Assembly (NCBI RefSeq): GCF_006345805.1
Contig: NW_021833054.1
Location: 1 to 64,000, forward strand
Source: Octopus sinensis
Lineage: Eukaryota
Length of the DNA stretch: 64,000 bases
Reading direction: 5' to 3'
This document shows positions 12,726 through 27,877 of the stretch, in pieces (within the stretch, counting starts at the first letter, position 1; every line of letters begins with the position of its first letter). Both the position numbers and the translations under genes were made by a program. A model generated the notes under the pieces. The model did no database searches. It saw only the letters and a program-made list of their open reading frames with translations, and was not told where the DNA came from.

Positions 12726-12876
12726 CTTCAAAAACCAGCTTCCAGCATTGAGTTTCCGCAATTCATCAAATGTAAATGTAGAAGCATCATCATCCACTCG
12801 GTCGGGATATACTTCTTCAATATTGGTTGTTCGTCGTAATGTTTTGTCATGTAAAATAAACGGAATTCCATCTAAA
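12726..12876 (-). CDS. GDPD5: GDPD exon ([24 protein letters not shown]...LNAGSWFLK)
   Basis: ttcttacag acceptor, gtaagt donor, phase 2 to 0; DG.P..LHD.TL.RTTN and LNAG.WFLK motifs. Confidence 0.97.
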
Positions 12877-12964
12877 CTGTAAGAAAATATTTCAAATGAC
12901 AATTGTATGATTATCTGTGGTCAAACTTCCTTACTATCACTTCTAACCACACACATACTATATT

Positions 12965-13262
12965 ACAAGGGCCCCAGTTGATCTGATCAACAGAGCAGCC
13001 AGCTCATAGAATTAACATGCTAAGTGGCTGAGCACTACAGACATACGTTCCCTTAATGTACCTCTCAGGGAGATTAAGAGTAACACAGAATGAGGCAAAA
13101 CTGGCCCTTTGAAATACAAGTACAACTCATTTTTGCTAACCGAGTGGACTGGAGCAATGTGAAATAGAGTGTCTTGCTCAAGGACACAATGTGGCACCAG
13201 AAACCAAACTCACAGCCTTACAATCATGAGCCAAATATCCTAACCACTAAGCCATCTGCCTT
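12965..13262 (-). mobile_element. tRNA-SINE with CORE-like central domain
   Basis: Minus strand ttgtgtccttgagcaagacact...cacattgctccagtcc; the 3' part is shared with 36757-36950; similar copy at 34370-34540. Confidence 0.7.
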
Positions 13263-13475
13263 CACTAAACCACACACACACACACAGAGTTATGGATAAT
13301 AGATATTTTGATTGTTTATGGGTGGAGGTCTGGTTCTTCCACCACCATGTCATCATGGTTGTAAAATGAACTTCTAAGCCAATAATTACATGCTGGCATT
13401 TATACTCTTATGTAGTGCTTCAAGATGTTCTAAAAACAGAATATATATATATTATATATTGTCCCTTTCCCTCTA

Positions 13476-13520
<45 letters not shown>

Positions 13521-13952
13521 ATTCCATTGAATTAGGTACTTAAACATAGGCACCTTGCTATGACAGTATAATCCACACACAATATTAATTGGATATTGAA
13601 TATCAAGACTCCATGCAGGGGTGCTTGTACCTGATATTCCTGCCATATGTGCATACAATGCAACCCAGCTAAGTGAAGATATCTGCTCCTGATATTCTGC
13701 CACAGATATGTCAAAAGAAACAATGTAAATATTTTTAGTTCCATTATTGATGTGAAATGCTTGTATCCATTATGTTTGAAATCTATGCAGTTATCTGACG
13801 GGAATGGTTTCTTTCAAATGATGTAATGTTTTCATTAATCAATTAAAGGAGTTACTTGAAATGGCTGTAATGAAGTGATACCAGGTGATACCTGTACATC
13901 TTTGTCACTCACTTACACACACACACACACCACACACACACACACACACCCA

Positions 13953-13993
<41 letters not shown>

Positions 13994-15469
13994 TTAAGCT
14001 TATCTGTACAGATTATTTATAGAGTTCAGAGCTTCAGAGCCAGTACTAAAAGTTATGTTTTGTATATGAATATGTGTATGTAAACAATATGATTGAAGAT
14101 AGAAAAACAGGTAATGAGTGTAGATGCATATTTCAAGAGTTATTGACCTTTCATCATCCATAAATAAACTGCTTAAATACCCACTAAGTTTAGGATATTT
14201 TTCTTTTATTTCATTTATTTGTTTCAGGCATTTGACTGCGGCCATGCTGGAGTACCAACTTTAGGACTTATTCTTTGTAAGCCTAGTACTTATTCTATTA
14301 GTCTCTTTTGCTGAACCCTTAAGTTACGGGGATGTAAACACACCAACATTGGTTGTCAAGCAATATTACGGAGCCAAACACAGACACACAAACATACACA
14401 CACACACACTTATATATACGACAGGCTTCTTTCAGCTTCTGTCTATCAAATCTACTCACAAGACTTTGCTTGGCCCAAGGCTATAGTAGAAGACACTGTG
14501 TAACACTACTGGATAGACCAATTTACATATTAAACACATTCCTGGTAAATGGTGTGTAAATATTAATTGCTAGCAAGGTCACTGTATTTTGTTTTGCAGC
14601 CATAATATACTACCAAGTATATTAAAGGTTCCCAAGTCAATAATATCTTGCTTTTTGTTTTAACAGTGTGATGTTCTCATTTTTAATCTTATCTCTACAG
14701 ATTTTCTATAGAGTTCAGAGCCACCACTGAAAGTTACAATGCTTTGTATACAAATACATTTACAAAAACAATGCAACCAAAGACAGAAAAATAGATAATG
14801 GTTGTATATGCATGTTTCAATGCATTTGTAGACAGTTGATGGTTTGGATGTGGTGGTAGTGGAAGAGCAATAACTCTTGAAATAGGATCACCAAGCTCTA
14901 TCAAGAGAGTAACTGTAATGTGTCCACGGGGATGGTATCTATGGTTCTGTAATCAACTATGATGCAAGCTCCCAATTCAAATTGATAATAATGGAACTGG
15001 ATGGTGACAGAGAGTCATTTTCTGTCACTAATTCTCACCTGTTTTTAAAGGGAGTTTTCATTGCACTTGTCTCTGAAAGCATAACTGTCAAATGATTTGT
15101 TTACAGGGAATTGGCAACAGACAACAATGACTCTGGCTCAGCATATTTTCATTCAAGTGCAGAATGTAAACACACACACACACACAAACTTTGTACAGAT
15201 TCCATGTATCAATTTAACTAAGAAATCATTGGTTAATCCAGGACTATAATAAAAAACACTTGCACAAATTGCTGTACAGATGGACTGAACCCAAAACCAT
15301 ATGGTTGAGAAGTGAACTTCTTGACCACATAGCTATTACTGCATCTTATTTAACCACAAATATTTCTAGTAGGGAAAACTGAATCACCAGTTATCAGCAA
15401 TGGGTCATAACTGAGAAATAACTTACAGAATTTATATTTCAAAATGTAGAAAGAAACAATGTAATTTAC

Positions 15470-15552
15470 CTTATTCGTACATCTGACTCAAATCCATAGA
15501 CACTTTGGTTCACAGCTAATTGGAATGCAACTAAAGTATTCTCAGGTGCAAC
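15470..15552 (-). CDS. GDPD5: GDPD exon (VAPENTLVAFQLAVNQSVYGFESDVRI-S)
   Basis: ttttcttgcaag acceptor, gtaaat donor, phase 0 to 2; APENT and metal-binding ExD motifs. Confidence 0.95.
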
Positions 15553-15779
15553 CTTGCAAGAAAATTTTTAAAATACAAAAGAACTGAATTTAAATTTGGT
15601 TAAATATAATCCAACAGTAACATATTGAGAGATTTCTAGCTAAAAAAATACTGTGTCTAATTTTAAAATATTGGTGAACTTTATTTATTACAATTTAATT
15701 ACAAGGAAACAAGAAACAGAAAAAGAAATATAAGATGGTGGGAGAGGAAGTAATGGGCCACACCCCCCAGAATAAATGG

Positions 15780-16050
15780 CATGTTCAGCTACATCCCACA
15801 GATATGACCACAATGGTATTGCTGCAGAGAATGGCTAGTGACACTTGCTACAGCAGCCACTTCACCTTGTAGGGTTCATTCTCATACAGGCTACCATTAT
15901 CTCAATTTTGCAGACAAAAACAGTAGTGCAGGATCTGAGAACAGCTGAGGTCTCAGCAGTGACCAACACAAACTGATAGCAGCCCATCAGACCCCTGTAT
16001 TTATTGATTCGTCTTTCCTTTGCATTACAGACAATCTGTTGCTCCCCCAC
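15780..16050 (-). mobile_element. CRE-like RLE LINE C-terminal remnant
   Basis: NAKERRINKYRGL..YQFVLVTAETSAVL ... KWLL*QVSLAI resembles the CRE-type K..KY..L...FVP.AVET.G..G motif. Confidence 0.55.
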
Positions 16051-18811
16051 TCCATTTTCTGCTACTTTATTCCCATCCTACTTTTTCTTCTCCTGTTTTA
16101 AATTCAAGTGTTTTCTCTCATCTTCACTGATGAATATGGCCAAGAAATGCAGTACATTAAAATGGAATGTCAATCTTTTAAAAATATTATTATTATTACT
16201 ATTATTATTTATTGTTAAGGCAGTGAGCTGGCAGAATTGTTGGCATTCCAAGGCTATAGTAGAAGGCACTTGCTCAAGGTGCCACACAGAGTGACTGATG
16301 TATACTTCTATCACATTTCAATCATTTTCCCATTTCTTCCTTCCTTTCCTTTATGTATTCTGTCCTTGTGATGTCCCCACTCATCTTATGTCCCTCTTGC
16401 TAATAAAAGAAATTAGTATTATTATTATTATTATCATTGTTATTATTTACATAGGCTCAAAACTGGAAGTTTTGGAGAAGTACTCTATTCTATGAACCCT
16501 CAAAAAGATGGAAGGCAAAGTTCACTTCAGCTTTGAACTCAGGAGAAAATACCACAAAGCATTTATTCCAATATTTTGACGATTCTACCAAAACCACAAC
16601 AACAATAATAATTATATTCATTCCAACTCATTGCTTTGTTTCTCAGTTATATTTGTATTTGATAGAATAAAAGATGCACAGACATATTAGATGCATCCCA
16701 ATTTCAGCAGTGCATGTTCAGGAAAAAGCAAGTATCAGGGACAAAATTAGCATATGGAAGGTTCAACTCCACATATAGGAGCAGGGGTGATTTTTTGAGA
16801 CATCTTTTTGGAACACAATGCATCTTATATTCCATCAAATATGGTACTTCTATTGACATGTATGATTTCAGACACATTCAAAGTTATCTCCCTTACTCAC
16901 TCAACTAATAATATTTTACTTTAGTCATGTGATCTGTAACGGAAAAAATCATGAAAATAATAGATTTATTACATATATTCAGTCAACACCTCTTTATAAT
17001 TACATTATAATTACTTTATAATTACATTTGGGTTAAACTATATATTATTATCATTATAAAGGCGGCAATCTGGCAGAATTGTTACCATGCCAAACAAAAT
17101 ACTTAGCAGCATTCCTTCTGGCTGTACATTCAGAGTTCAAATTCAGTTAAGGTCAACTGTATCTTTCATCCTTTTTGGGTCAATGAAAGAAGTACCAGTT
17201 GAGCATTGAGGTTGATGTAATGGACTGTCCCCACTCGCACAAAATTACAGGTCCGGTGCCTAGTAAAAAGGATTATTATTGTGGATGTTGCTCTTATTAC
17301 TTCACTGTTTTCAATTTCCTGTTTACTCATAAAGTCTAGAAAGAAGGACAATACCCATGACCTTTGCAGCACCTTCAAGACCAGTGAGTTTCATGAAGCT
17401 AATTTTCTGTTTCTATTGTCTTCAAGGACAATGTCTGATTGTTTGTATCTCTATTTCTATGAGTATTGATGGAACATGTTACAGAGAATTGTGTAGTGAT
17501 ATTAATTGGTCACTGGTTCTCAGACATGCTTAATTAATAAAATATCAATGATTTTGATTTTCATTTCGTTGAGGAATTATACTGAGAAACCTAATTATCT
17601 AAGTTTACACATTTAGATTTGGCCAATAATAAACATCAACTTTTACTGTATTGTAACCACAAGGCTTACATTTAAAGTTTCCACAGGTTTTAAAGACTGT
17701 ATGCCTTGTGACCCTGGCTCAGTTTTGAGTTGTTAACATGTAACTTAGTTTCCTTGATAAGCACTTTTCACCACCACCACCACTACCATCATCACCATCA
17801 TCATTTAATGTCAGTTTCCCATGCTGGCATGTGTTGGATGGCCTGACAGAATTGGCAAGGTTAGGGGCAACACCAGGTCCTATACCTTGCTTTTGGCTTT
17901 GTTTCTACAACTGGATGCCCTTCCTAATGCCAAACACTTTACAGAGTGCACTGGATACTTTTTATGTGGCACCAGCACCAGTGTTTTTTACATGATACCA
18001 TTACTACTGTTTTTTCACATGGAAGCATCACCACAGTTTTTTACATGGCACCATCACCTGTGCTTTTTATGTAGCACCAGTAAATTTTTACATGGCACTG
18101 TGGTTTTAGGATATCAATTCTGTTATGGAGAATGGGTCTTCTAACCTACATGTGAGTTTCTTGTTCTAATGTTCTGAAAAATTGCCCATATATGGGCTTG
18201 TCAATCAGTACTTTCTTCATAAAAATTTGAATTGCTTTCTTCACTTGCAGTTTAATGAGGTTAATAGTAGTGTCACTACAGTAGGTGAGATGTCTCCTTT
18301 ACAAAAGTTGAATTTGTAATGTCCTGGCTAATGTGGAAAAGGAACTGTTATTTCATTTCTAGATAACCACACTTCTTAGTGGATCTTTAACAACTAAAAA
18401 ATATTTGCCTAGCTAGGATTGGCACAGGCTACTGACTGGTTTCTTCATATTGTTATGACATGCTCGTGTTAATCAGAAAAAAACGTTTACTGCTCTTTGT
18501 AAACTAAATAGCTTGAGTTGTATTGTGTCAGATGTTGTTTGTAAGGCTGTAAAGTAATTATCATCAGTGTTGTGGTCATCACCATCATTGTTTTAATGTC
18601 CACATTTCAAAGCTAGCACGCTCAGATGCCCTTCCTGTTGCGAACCAGCACCTGTCTCCATGCAAGATATTACCCCTTGGTTAGATATGGTTTTTTCTTT
18701 CACAAAAGACAACAAATGAATCACATCCTTTGTATGTTGGTGATGCTTGTTGACAGCTATCATGTGATGTCAAGACAAACACATACACACACGATCAGAT
18801 GCATGAATGCA

Positions 18812-18856
<45 letters not shown>

Positions 18857-21800
18857 CAACCCATGCCAGCATGGAAAATGGATGTTAATCGATGATGATG
18901 ATGATACACATGTTACTCTTTTACTTGTTTCAGTTATTTGACTGTGGCCATGCTGGAGCACTGCCTTTAGTTGAGCAAATCAACCCCAAAACTTATTCTT
19001 TGTAAGCCTAGCACTTATTCTATCAGTATCTTTTGCTGAACTGCTAAGTTACAGGGATGTAAACACATCAGCATCGATTGTCAAGTGATGTTGGAGGGAC
19101 AAACACACACACACACACATATATATATACACACATTGTGAGACATGTTTTCTTAGTTTGAAATTTTCTTTTACAGTTTGCAGTCACTCTAATTTATTAT
19201 AATGAATCTCTTATTTCACTTTAATATAATTATTATTATTAATAGTAAAACTGTGAACTCTGAAAACTATTACATACCACACAATAAATCAGACACTTAA
19301 CAATTGTACAAGTGAAAAAGGTAAGGAGGAAGTAGCTGCAGACTATTCCAGAGTATTTTAGAGAAGGAATGGTTCAGCATCAGCATCATCATCATCAGCA
19401 GCAATTAATATCCACTCTCCATGCTGGCATCGGTTAGATGGTTTGACTGGAACTGATGAGCCAGAGAGCTACACCAGGTTCTAGTCTGATTTGACATGGT
19501 TTATACAGCTGGATGTCCTTCCAATGCCAATTTGACAATTCAAATTCTTTTTTAACAGTTCATATGAAGAACAACTAAGTATTTTGGTTGAATATGAAAG
19601 CATCATGGTCAGTCATCAAAGCAACATGAAATTTTCAGCTAAATTTCCAACAAATAAGATATCAAATTCAGGCCTTAGCATAAAATTACTAAATATGTTA
19701 AGCAGGAGAATACATGCCCACCATGTTCAGTACTCTGAAATAAACTGATTTAGTGTCCAAATGTAGTATCATATTTGTAATCATCAATGAAACAACAGCA
19801 AAGGAAACAACAGCTAGTTTAGTCAGCAGCCCTTTAGCACTTAACCAGGCCATATCCAGTCAAAATATTCTACAAGTTTAATGTTCAAACTGATCAGATC
19901 TCGCATCTTCCAGAATGTCATATTGAACACGAACAATCACATCATCAAAATCTCAAGCCTAGAAAATAATGCAGTATTAATTCAAAACGATGTGAATAAA
20001 TACACATTACATCTGATTGAGTAATCTAAACTCTAAAAGGTTAAAATGGCAATGAAACACGAGCCACATCTGCAGTTACTGAGAATGACTCAATCAACCT
20101 TCTTGTAAAGAAAGACAAACCATAAGAAAACACACAATTCACTATCATGGTGGTTGTTTAACCCCAGGTCGGTTGTGACTGATTAGACCTATAACCAAAA
20201 GCATTCAAGACAGGACAATCCTGTCCTTTCAAGGGTATCTAAGAGTACATTATCCAATGTAACCTTTGGCTGCTATTTCTAGCAGGTCAAGTGACCTCAT
20301 AATTCATTTAGCATTTAAACCGGCCATATCCATATTATGTTCAAACTGACCAGATGTATCCTCTGACACCAACCTGACAATATCATTCTAAAAATTAACA
20401 GTTACCTCATCAAAATCTCAAAGCTGCAAGATAATGCATGATTAATTCAAAACAAAGTGAACAAATAAGCATTATTTTTGACAGAATAATATGAATGCTA
20501 AAGGATTAGTTTGTTGCTTACAGGTTCATTAGACCAGAGTTTCTTTCAGTTTCTATGGGGTTTAAGAGTACAACACTCCTCCACTATAGAGAACTGCAGC
20601 CCATTTCAGGATTAAAACCACTTCCTCTGGGATTACTTTTCAGCTGAATGAAATGGGGCATGTGAAATGAAATGCCTTGTTCAAACACACTATGCACAAG
20701 ATCAAGAATTGAACCAATGCCTTTATCAAAAGGCCACACACCAACATAATTGCAAAGCGGTCACATTGAATGACTAACTATTCATTAGTTTTACAAGTTG
20801 GGCTTATGTCTTTTAATGGGCAAAAGCTGCACCAGACTGACACCTTTGACTTCCTTAACAATGTAAAAGCTACAATAAGCTCCAGCGTACACTATTTATA
20901 ATGAAAAATGCTGTTCGCTGCTAAAGTACACTCACACACAAATTCAGTAAAATTAGATTCTACTCAAATTACATTCCATATAGCAACCCACCCAACTCCA
21001 TCAATTTACAAGCTGAATATTGATCGAAAGACAATAAATGGATGTGTACTAACGATGTGTCTACTAACACCAAATATTCATTACTTTCTAAAACAAATAA
21101 AAGGAAATCTATTTTAACAAAAAACAGAAAAACAACAAGATACACTGAACAATGGTGAAAATACTATTAATAGATTTGTAGCAGAAGATATTCTGATATT
21201 TTTAGACTTGATTATTTAAAGTTCCTGGTTCTACAAGACATGTCTGAGACATTTGAGAACCAAACTTGATACTTTGCAATATTCAATATAAGTGTAGACA
21301 TCACTGTGTGGTTAAAAAGTTTCCTTCCCATCTGCATGGTTTCAGGTTCAGTCCCACTGTGTAACATCTTGGGTGTCTTCTACTTTAACCCTGTCAATAT
21401 ACATATGCTTCAGAGAAAAGCATTAGTCAAGTAGAGAGTGTAATGAGAGATTACATAAATGACAAGAGAACCAGAAATTACGTTATGAACTTCATTATCT
21501 TACAGCTGTTTCTGGTACAATATGCAAGGAACTCATAGTTGAGTGTTTGAGTATCACTTTATAATAGAAACAGTGGTAACCTAATGAAGTTCATTACATC
21601 ATTTCTTGTTCCTTATCATTTATATTTGTTTGTTTGTTTGTTTGTGTGTGTGTGAGAAAGAGGGAGAGAGAGTATGTATACATTTATGTCGCCTTGTCTT
21701 GACAACACATGATAGTTGTGTCACTGTCATACAAAGTAGTATCATTCATTACCAATATTCTGCATAAACCTGTCCACTGATGGGGTAATAGTGATTTGCA

Positions 21801-21900
21801 TGGAAGCAGGTAAGGGTTGGTGACAGGAAGGGCATCCAGCAATAGAAAAATCGGTCTCATTAAGCTCCATCTGACTCATGTAAGTATTGCAAAGTGGTCA

Positions 21901-22114
21901 TTAACTCTTTCGTTACCAACCCGGCCAAAACCAGCTCTGGCTCTTGTTTTCATAAGTTTTGCATTAAAATATACCACCAAACCTTAGTCGCAATTTATGT
22001 TCCTAACACTAGTTTAATGATAACTAAGTTATTTTACTAAATTCTTTGTTATATTTAAAATAATTGAAAGAAACACAGAGCATCTCAAAATAAATACAAT
22101 AACGAAAGGGTTAA
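21901..22114. mobile_element. piggyBac-type MITE
   Basis: TIRs ttaactctttcgttac / ataacgaaagggttaa, with TTAA at both ends. Confidence 0.8.
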
Positions 22115-22268
22115 AACTATGATGATGTTGATGTTCCATTTCTTTTCATTCAAATGTTATAAGAGATAAAATCTGCCTTTTTTATCTTTCTTTAGTTAAT
22201 GAACCAAAAACATACTACTAAAAATAATTATCATTTTAGAGCTTTAAAATAAATAAGTGAATACATAC

Positions 22269-22414
22269 CCCTGACGCACCTCGGTGGGCAAATAATCTTG
22301 GTTTGGAAGGCAAACTATCTGCTGGTCGAACACATGGAGATTCAATAAATAGTGGAATGATATAGAGGCCAACAAGAATTGCCATGTATACCACTGAAAT
22401 TAATAGTTTCAAAC
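22269..22414 (-). CDS. GDPD5: GDPD exon (C-LKLLISVVYMAILVGLYIIPLFIESPCVRPADSLPSKPRLFAHRGASG)
   Basis: cccatatag acceptor, gtatgt donor, phase 1 to 0; contains SPC and the catalytic AHRG motif. Confidence 0.95.
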
Positions 22415-24696
22415 CTATATGGGAAAGAAAACCAAAAAAAGCAATATTATATTATTTAATTCCATTCAATAGGGAACAAAATTACAAGGAACAACTGTAT
22501 GCTTCTGTGTGTATGTAAATGTGCATGAATGCAAGCATGCATGCATTCATATATACATACATAGATATGTATGTACATACATACATACACACATACATAC
22601 ATCAGTGCTGGTGACATGTGAAAGGCACCAGTGCTGGTAACACATAAGAGGAGCCCATGCCAAAGACACATACAAGGCATCCAGTACACAGTGGTTGGTG
22701 TTAGGAAGGGCATCCTGCCATAGAGACCAAGCTGAAATAGACTGGAGCTTGATACAGCTCTCTGGCATACTAGTACCTGTCAAACTGTCTTACTCATGCC
22801 AGCATTGAAAATGGACACTAAATGATGCTGGAGATGATGGTGATGATATATATATATATATATAGGAACAAGCAAAACATGTTTGGTCATGGGGAAATAG
22901 TCCATTGTTTGGAAACTAGTGACAGTTGGCAAGAGGAAGAGCACCCAGCCAAAGAAAATTTACCTTAATAGACTCCAACCAACCAATGCAAGCATGGAAA
23001 ACAGGACGTGATGATGATGATGGTGGTGGTGGTGGTGATGCGTATGATGATGATGATGATGATGATGATATATTTGAAAACACTGAATAAGGGTGATTTT
23101 TCTGATAATTTGATGAGTAGATGTTTGCAAAGTGTCATTTTGTAAAATTCTCATCATTAAAGGAGAAAATAACTGGTTTACAGAGAAATTGAGGCAAACA
23201 TAAAAATAGTTGTCTAGTCTAATTTTGGGGTGCTGTGGAAGAGGTAAACCTATGAAGATATTGGATCTTCAAATGTGGGGTCTCATGGAGGTAATGACAA
23301 GCAATTGTGACCTCTGGTGATTTGCTGTGCTTGAGAAGACTAATCAAGTGAAATCATAGTTGTGGGTATTGTTGGTGACACATAAAAGGCACTAACTAAA
23401 CTCTTGGAGTGGTTGACATTAGGAAGAGCATCCAGCCATGGAAACCAAGCCAAAATCAAACTGGAGCCTGGTACAGCTCTCCAGCTTATCAGATCCAGTC
23501 AAACTGTCTAACCCATGCCATCAGGGAGGAAAGTGTACACTAAATGATGATGATGAGTATGTATGTGTATATATATAAACTAAGTCAGATTAAAATGTAG
23601 GAAGCAAGATATGGTCACCTGGCCTGTCTCAGGCCATTACAACCTGCTCTGCTCACATTATGTTGTGGCAAGAGTCACAACAGCCCCTGCGAGAATAGAC
23701 TTGATTGAATCACTATAAACAGTAGCGGTCTGAGTGAAAGACAGAGAAGAGGCATTAATTGCAGGAAGTCATAAGGTTTCGTTTTGGTAGTTTGTCAGAA
23801 TATCATTTGTTGATTCATGAACAGTTCAAGGAGAGTTTGTTGGAATGTTATGTTGTTACCCTGCTTCGTTATATGTTTATTGTTACTACATGGTTATAGT
23901 GTAAACAAGTATCGTCATAATTAGTGGTGATACTACAATAATTGGTGACGAGTAACTACATTACAATATTATTATCAAGGAAAGAAAGCATAAAACCAAG
24001 ATGAAAATGATGATGACGATGAGGAGTGTGTGTGTGTGTGTATCTGCAAGTCTGTGTTTTTATTAACTCAATAAAATCATTACCCTATACTTGGCTATTG
24101 TTATAATTGTGTAAGAGGAGTAGAAATGGTGGCAGATTACATGCAATGCAGTGTTTAGTTGAAACCTTCCCATTCTGAAATCAAATTATATTTTATTCGT
24201 TTCTTTTTTTCCTTTTTATTTCAGTATAAATTTTGTTTACAGTTATACATGTATTCACAATTTTATGAAAAAAAAAAAATTAAAAAAGGGACATCAGAAT
24301 TGAACTATGAAATCCAGAAATCCAGATGGGATCAATAGTTTACTTAGGATCACATTCATGGAGATCAGCAAAGGATCCAACAACAACAAAAAAATCTGAT
24401 CTCTAAACAACTCCCCAAGTTACAGATACTCTTCTGATTGTTACAGAAGACATACTGAACAAAATAACTGGTTCATGAGATAGAAACTTGTAACCAATGA
24501 TGCTATTGTTCACAAGTTGCAATATAAAATATACGGATCCTGCTTTTAACTGTTATCTAAATGCTGATCAATCACACACAAAAGAAAAGAAACTCATAAT
24601 CCTATTTTTTATAGTCTAAGTAAAGGTAAATCTATTTGTCAATATATATAAATATCTATTTTCTTGTTTATCTTCTGAATATATTTAGTTTTTGTA

Positions 24697-24755
<59 letters not shown>

Positions 24756-25334
24756 ACGTGTGTGTGTGTGTATGTACATATTTATATATATCAAGCCTTA
24801 TCTACATCACTAATCCTTTATTCATGGTCACTGGGACTGTTGGCAAGAAGTAAGGAAGTCACTCTCAAAAACAAAATCTGTAGAAAACATGTAAAAAAAA
24901 TCTGAAATCTACTGAAGACTCCCAAGAACCAGGTGGTGGTGGTAGCAGGATTAAACTGGTCAAAGGATTAAGCCAACCACCTAAGGATTCAGAACACAAA
25001 CAACCAGAACAAATTCCACAATGCATCACATCTGATGGTCTAACGATCCTGTCAACCCCCTACGATGCACTCAGAGTTTATCTTATTAACCCTTCCAAAA
25101 GGATGGAAGAGAAAGTTGACCTCAGTGAGATTCGAACTTAGGAATATAGATAGGTGAATCAAATGCCATTTATGCTACACTAACAAGGTATGAACACCAG
25201 AAAATTAGGAAAATGAAAAGTGTCATTGTATTTGAGATAGAATTTAATAAGTCTGTTTTCTTTAACGACAACATTTTCAGAAATAAATTTGTATATGTCT
25301 GACAAAGATTTTTGAAATGACAAAATATACTTAC

Positions 25335-25428
25335 AGAATTGGTCTAAGCTGTACCACTGTCTTATCAGAATACAAGAGAGAATAGTAAAGATCACAACCA
25401 GACCAATATGAATAAAAGGACCAAAGAT
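25335..25428 (-). CDS. GDPD5: GDPD exon (IFGPFIHIGLVVIFTILSCILIRQWYSLDQF)
   Basis: ttttccag acceptor, gtaagt donor, phase 0 to 1; family motif APFLH.GA. Confidence 0.93.
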
Positions 25429-26924
25429 CTGGAAAATAATCAAAGAAAATAACTCAACTAAAAATAATAACTTTAATGGTAAAGTCATCATCATTGTTTT
25501 AACATCTACTTTTCCATGCTTGCATGGGTTAGATGCAATTTGTTATGGCAAACTTTCTATGGCAAGATGTCCTTCCTATTGCCAATCTTGATCCGTTTCT
25601 AAGTAAGGTAGTATTTCTCCATGACTACACATATTTCCACAGAAGATTGGAAAAGAATGATATTGCTTGCATGATGGTGACACTTGTTTACAACTATCAC
25701 ATGACGCCAAGGACAAAATGTTGTCTACACATACACTGAGTGGGATTCTTTCAGTTTCTCTCTGCCAAATCCATTCACAAGGCTTTGGTTGGTCCAAGGT
25801 CATTGTAGAAGACACTTGCCCAAGGTGTCACACAGTGGGGCTAAATTTGAAACCATGTGGTCAGGAAACAAACTTCATATTATGCAGCTACATCTGTGCC
25901 TACAGCCACAACTGATACTCCATATGATATCTATGTCAAAAAAGTAACCACTATACTGCTTTGTAAAGACTTTCCTTTCGTAATTGTGACAATTTGATCT
26001 TCGAATTGATTCAAGGAGACTATATTTCCATTGTTTTTTTTCACTTTGCTAATATTATCTATCAGCTGCAATTCCTGACAGAAGTATCACCTTTTTTGTG
26101 GAACATAGTGACAATAGGAGGAATGAAAATTTCAACTCAGAATGCACAAATCCAGAACAGATACTGCAAGGCATTTAGTTCAATACTCTAACACTAAAGC
26201 TAATCAATCACTCAAAAGGATGAAGGGTAAAGTTGACTTCACTGGGATTTGAATTGGAACATATACCATGAGGCATTCTATCTAACACTAAAACAATTTT
26301 GCCAATTTGCTGCCTGTACAAATAGAAGTATGACTTCTACTGTTGGGTTTTGAGCTCTATGTACTTTAACATCATCCAGTTTGCTTCCAGTATAATGGTT
26401 AAACTGCTACAATACTGAGTAGTATAACTAGTTATGATGTACAGAGCAAATGTAGGAGAAATTATCATAAACACAGACATATTATCCTTTTTCAATTACT
26501 AATTCCACTCATTAGAATGTAGCCATACCAGGCCACTACCTTGAAGTATTTTAGTCGAGTGAATCAACCCTAGTACGTCCTTTATTTTTTTTTTTTAAGC
26601 CTGATACTTATTCTATCAGTGTTTTTTTCCAAACTGCTATTACAGGCATAAACACATAAATACACTGGTTGTCAAGTGGTAGTGCGGGACAAACACAGAC
26701 ATACACATGCATGCACACACAATGGGTTTCTTTCAGGTTCCATCTACTAAATTCACACATATGACTTCGGTCAACTCAAGGCTATATGTATGTAATTCTG
26801 AAAGAGACTAATAATAGTCGCAAGAAAATAACATTACTTAATATATATTTATTACATATTTTCTAATCATTAACAAAAGAAATATAATTTGGAGAAAAAT
26901 GTTTCAAATATAATAGAGACTTAC

Positions 26925-27083
26925 TTGAAATGATAGTTTCAGCATTGCCCACTCAGATGGCCAGAGAGTATTCATGGCTATTGTGAAGCCAATGCAACTC
27001 AAAAGACTGATGATTATCATCGCTACATGGAATGGATGTATATATAACTGATGTCCCACATAAATGTGACATATTGATAGACC
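26925..27083 (-). CDS. GDPD5: GDPD exon (GLSICHIYVGHQLYIHPFHV...WPSEWAMLKLSFQ)
   Basis: aacag acceptor, gtaagt donor, 159 nt; aligns to family LCHIAVGQQ...LWEDEW..L.ISLQ. Confidence 0.93.
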
Positions 27084-27547
27084 CTGTTAATGATAACATA
27101 AAATAGATGGAAGCACTGAAATAATGTTAAGTTACAGCATGAGGTGAAAATGGATTAAAGGGAAATTATAATCTTAAAGTTTATAAAATGGAGATATTAA
27201 AAAAAAAATTATTTGTGATTAATTCCAAATGACAACTTAGTGAGATCTGTTTGGTATGAGGGTCCTTAATTTGCTGCCACACAGTGTGACTGAAGCTGAA
27301 CCATGTGGTTAGGAAGTGAATTTCTTAACTACATAGACATGTCCATACACACACAGACACACATACACATGGGTGTGAAATTGTGAAGATTGGTTTATAA
27401 CTGATAAGGGATGAGAGTATCCATGTTTTTTGTGTTTTTTCCTGTTTTCCATGTGTTCTTTTGTTTCTTTCCATGTAACTTCTTTCTCTCTCTCTCTCAA
27501 TATACAGACACACACAATATGCACACAAACACACACCTATATATATA

Positions 27548-27598
<51 letters not shown>

Positions 27599-27813
27599 TA
27601 TACACACATGCACAAACATTATACACACACACACACCAATATTACAAGCACTTTAGAATTCAGTGTGAACTAGGAAAAACTGACGCATCATGACATTTCT
27701 TCTCATACATAGACTTTACTGTTAAATATTTTAGATGATGTCAATATCAATGCAGATCTTGCTGTTGACATACAGTGAATGAATATTTTGTTATAAATGT
27801 TTCCTTTATCTCC

Positions 27814-27877
<64 letters not shown>

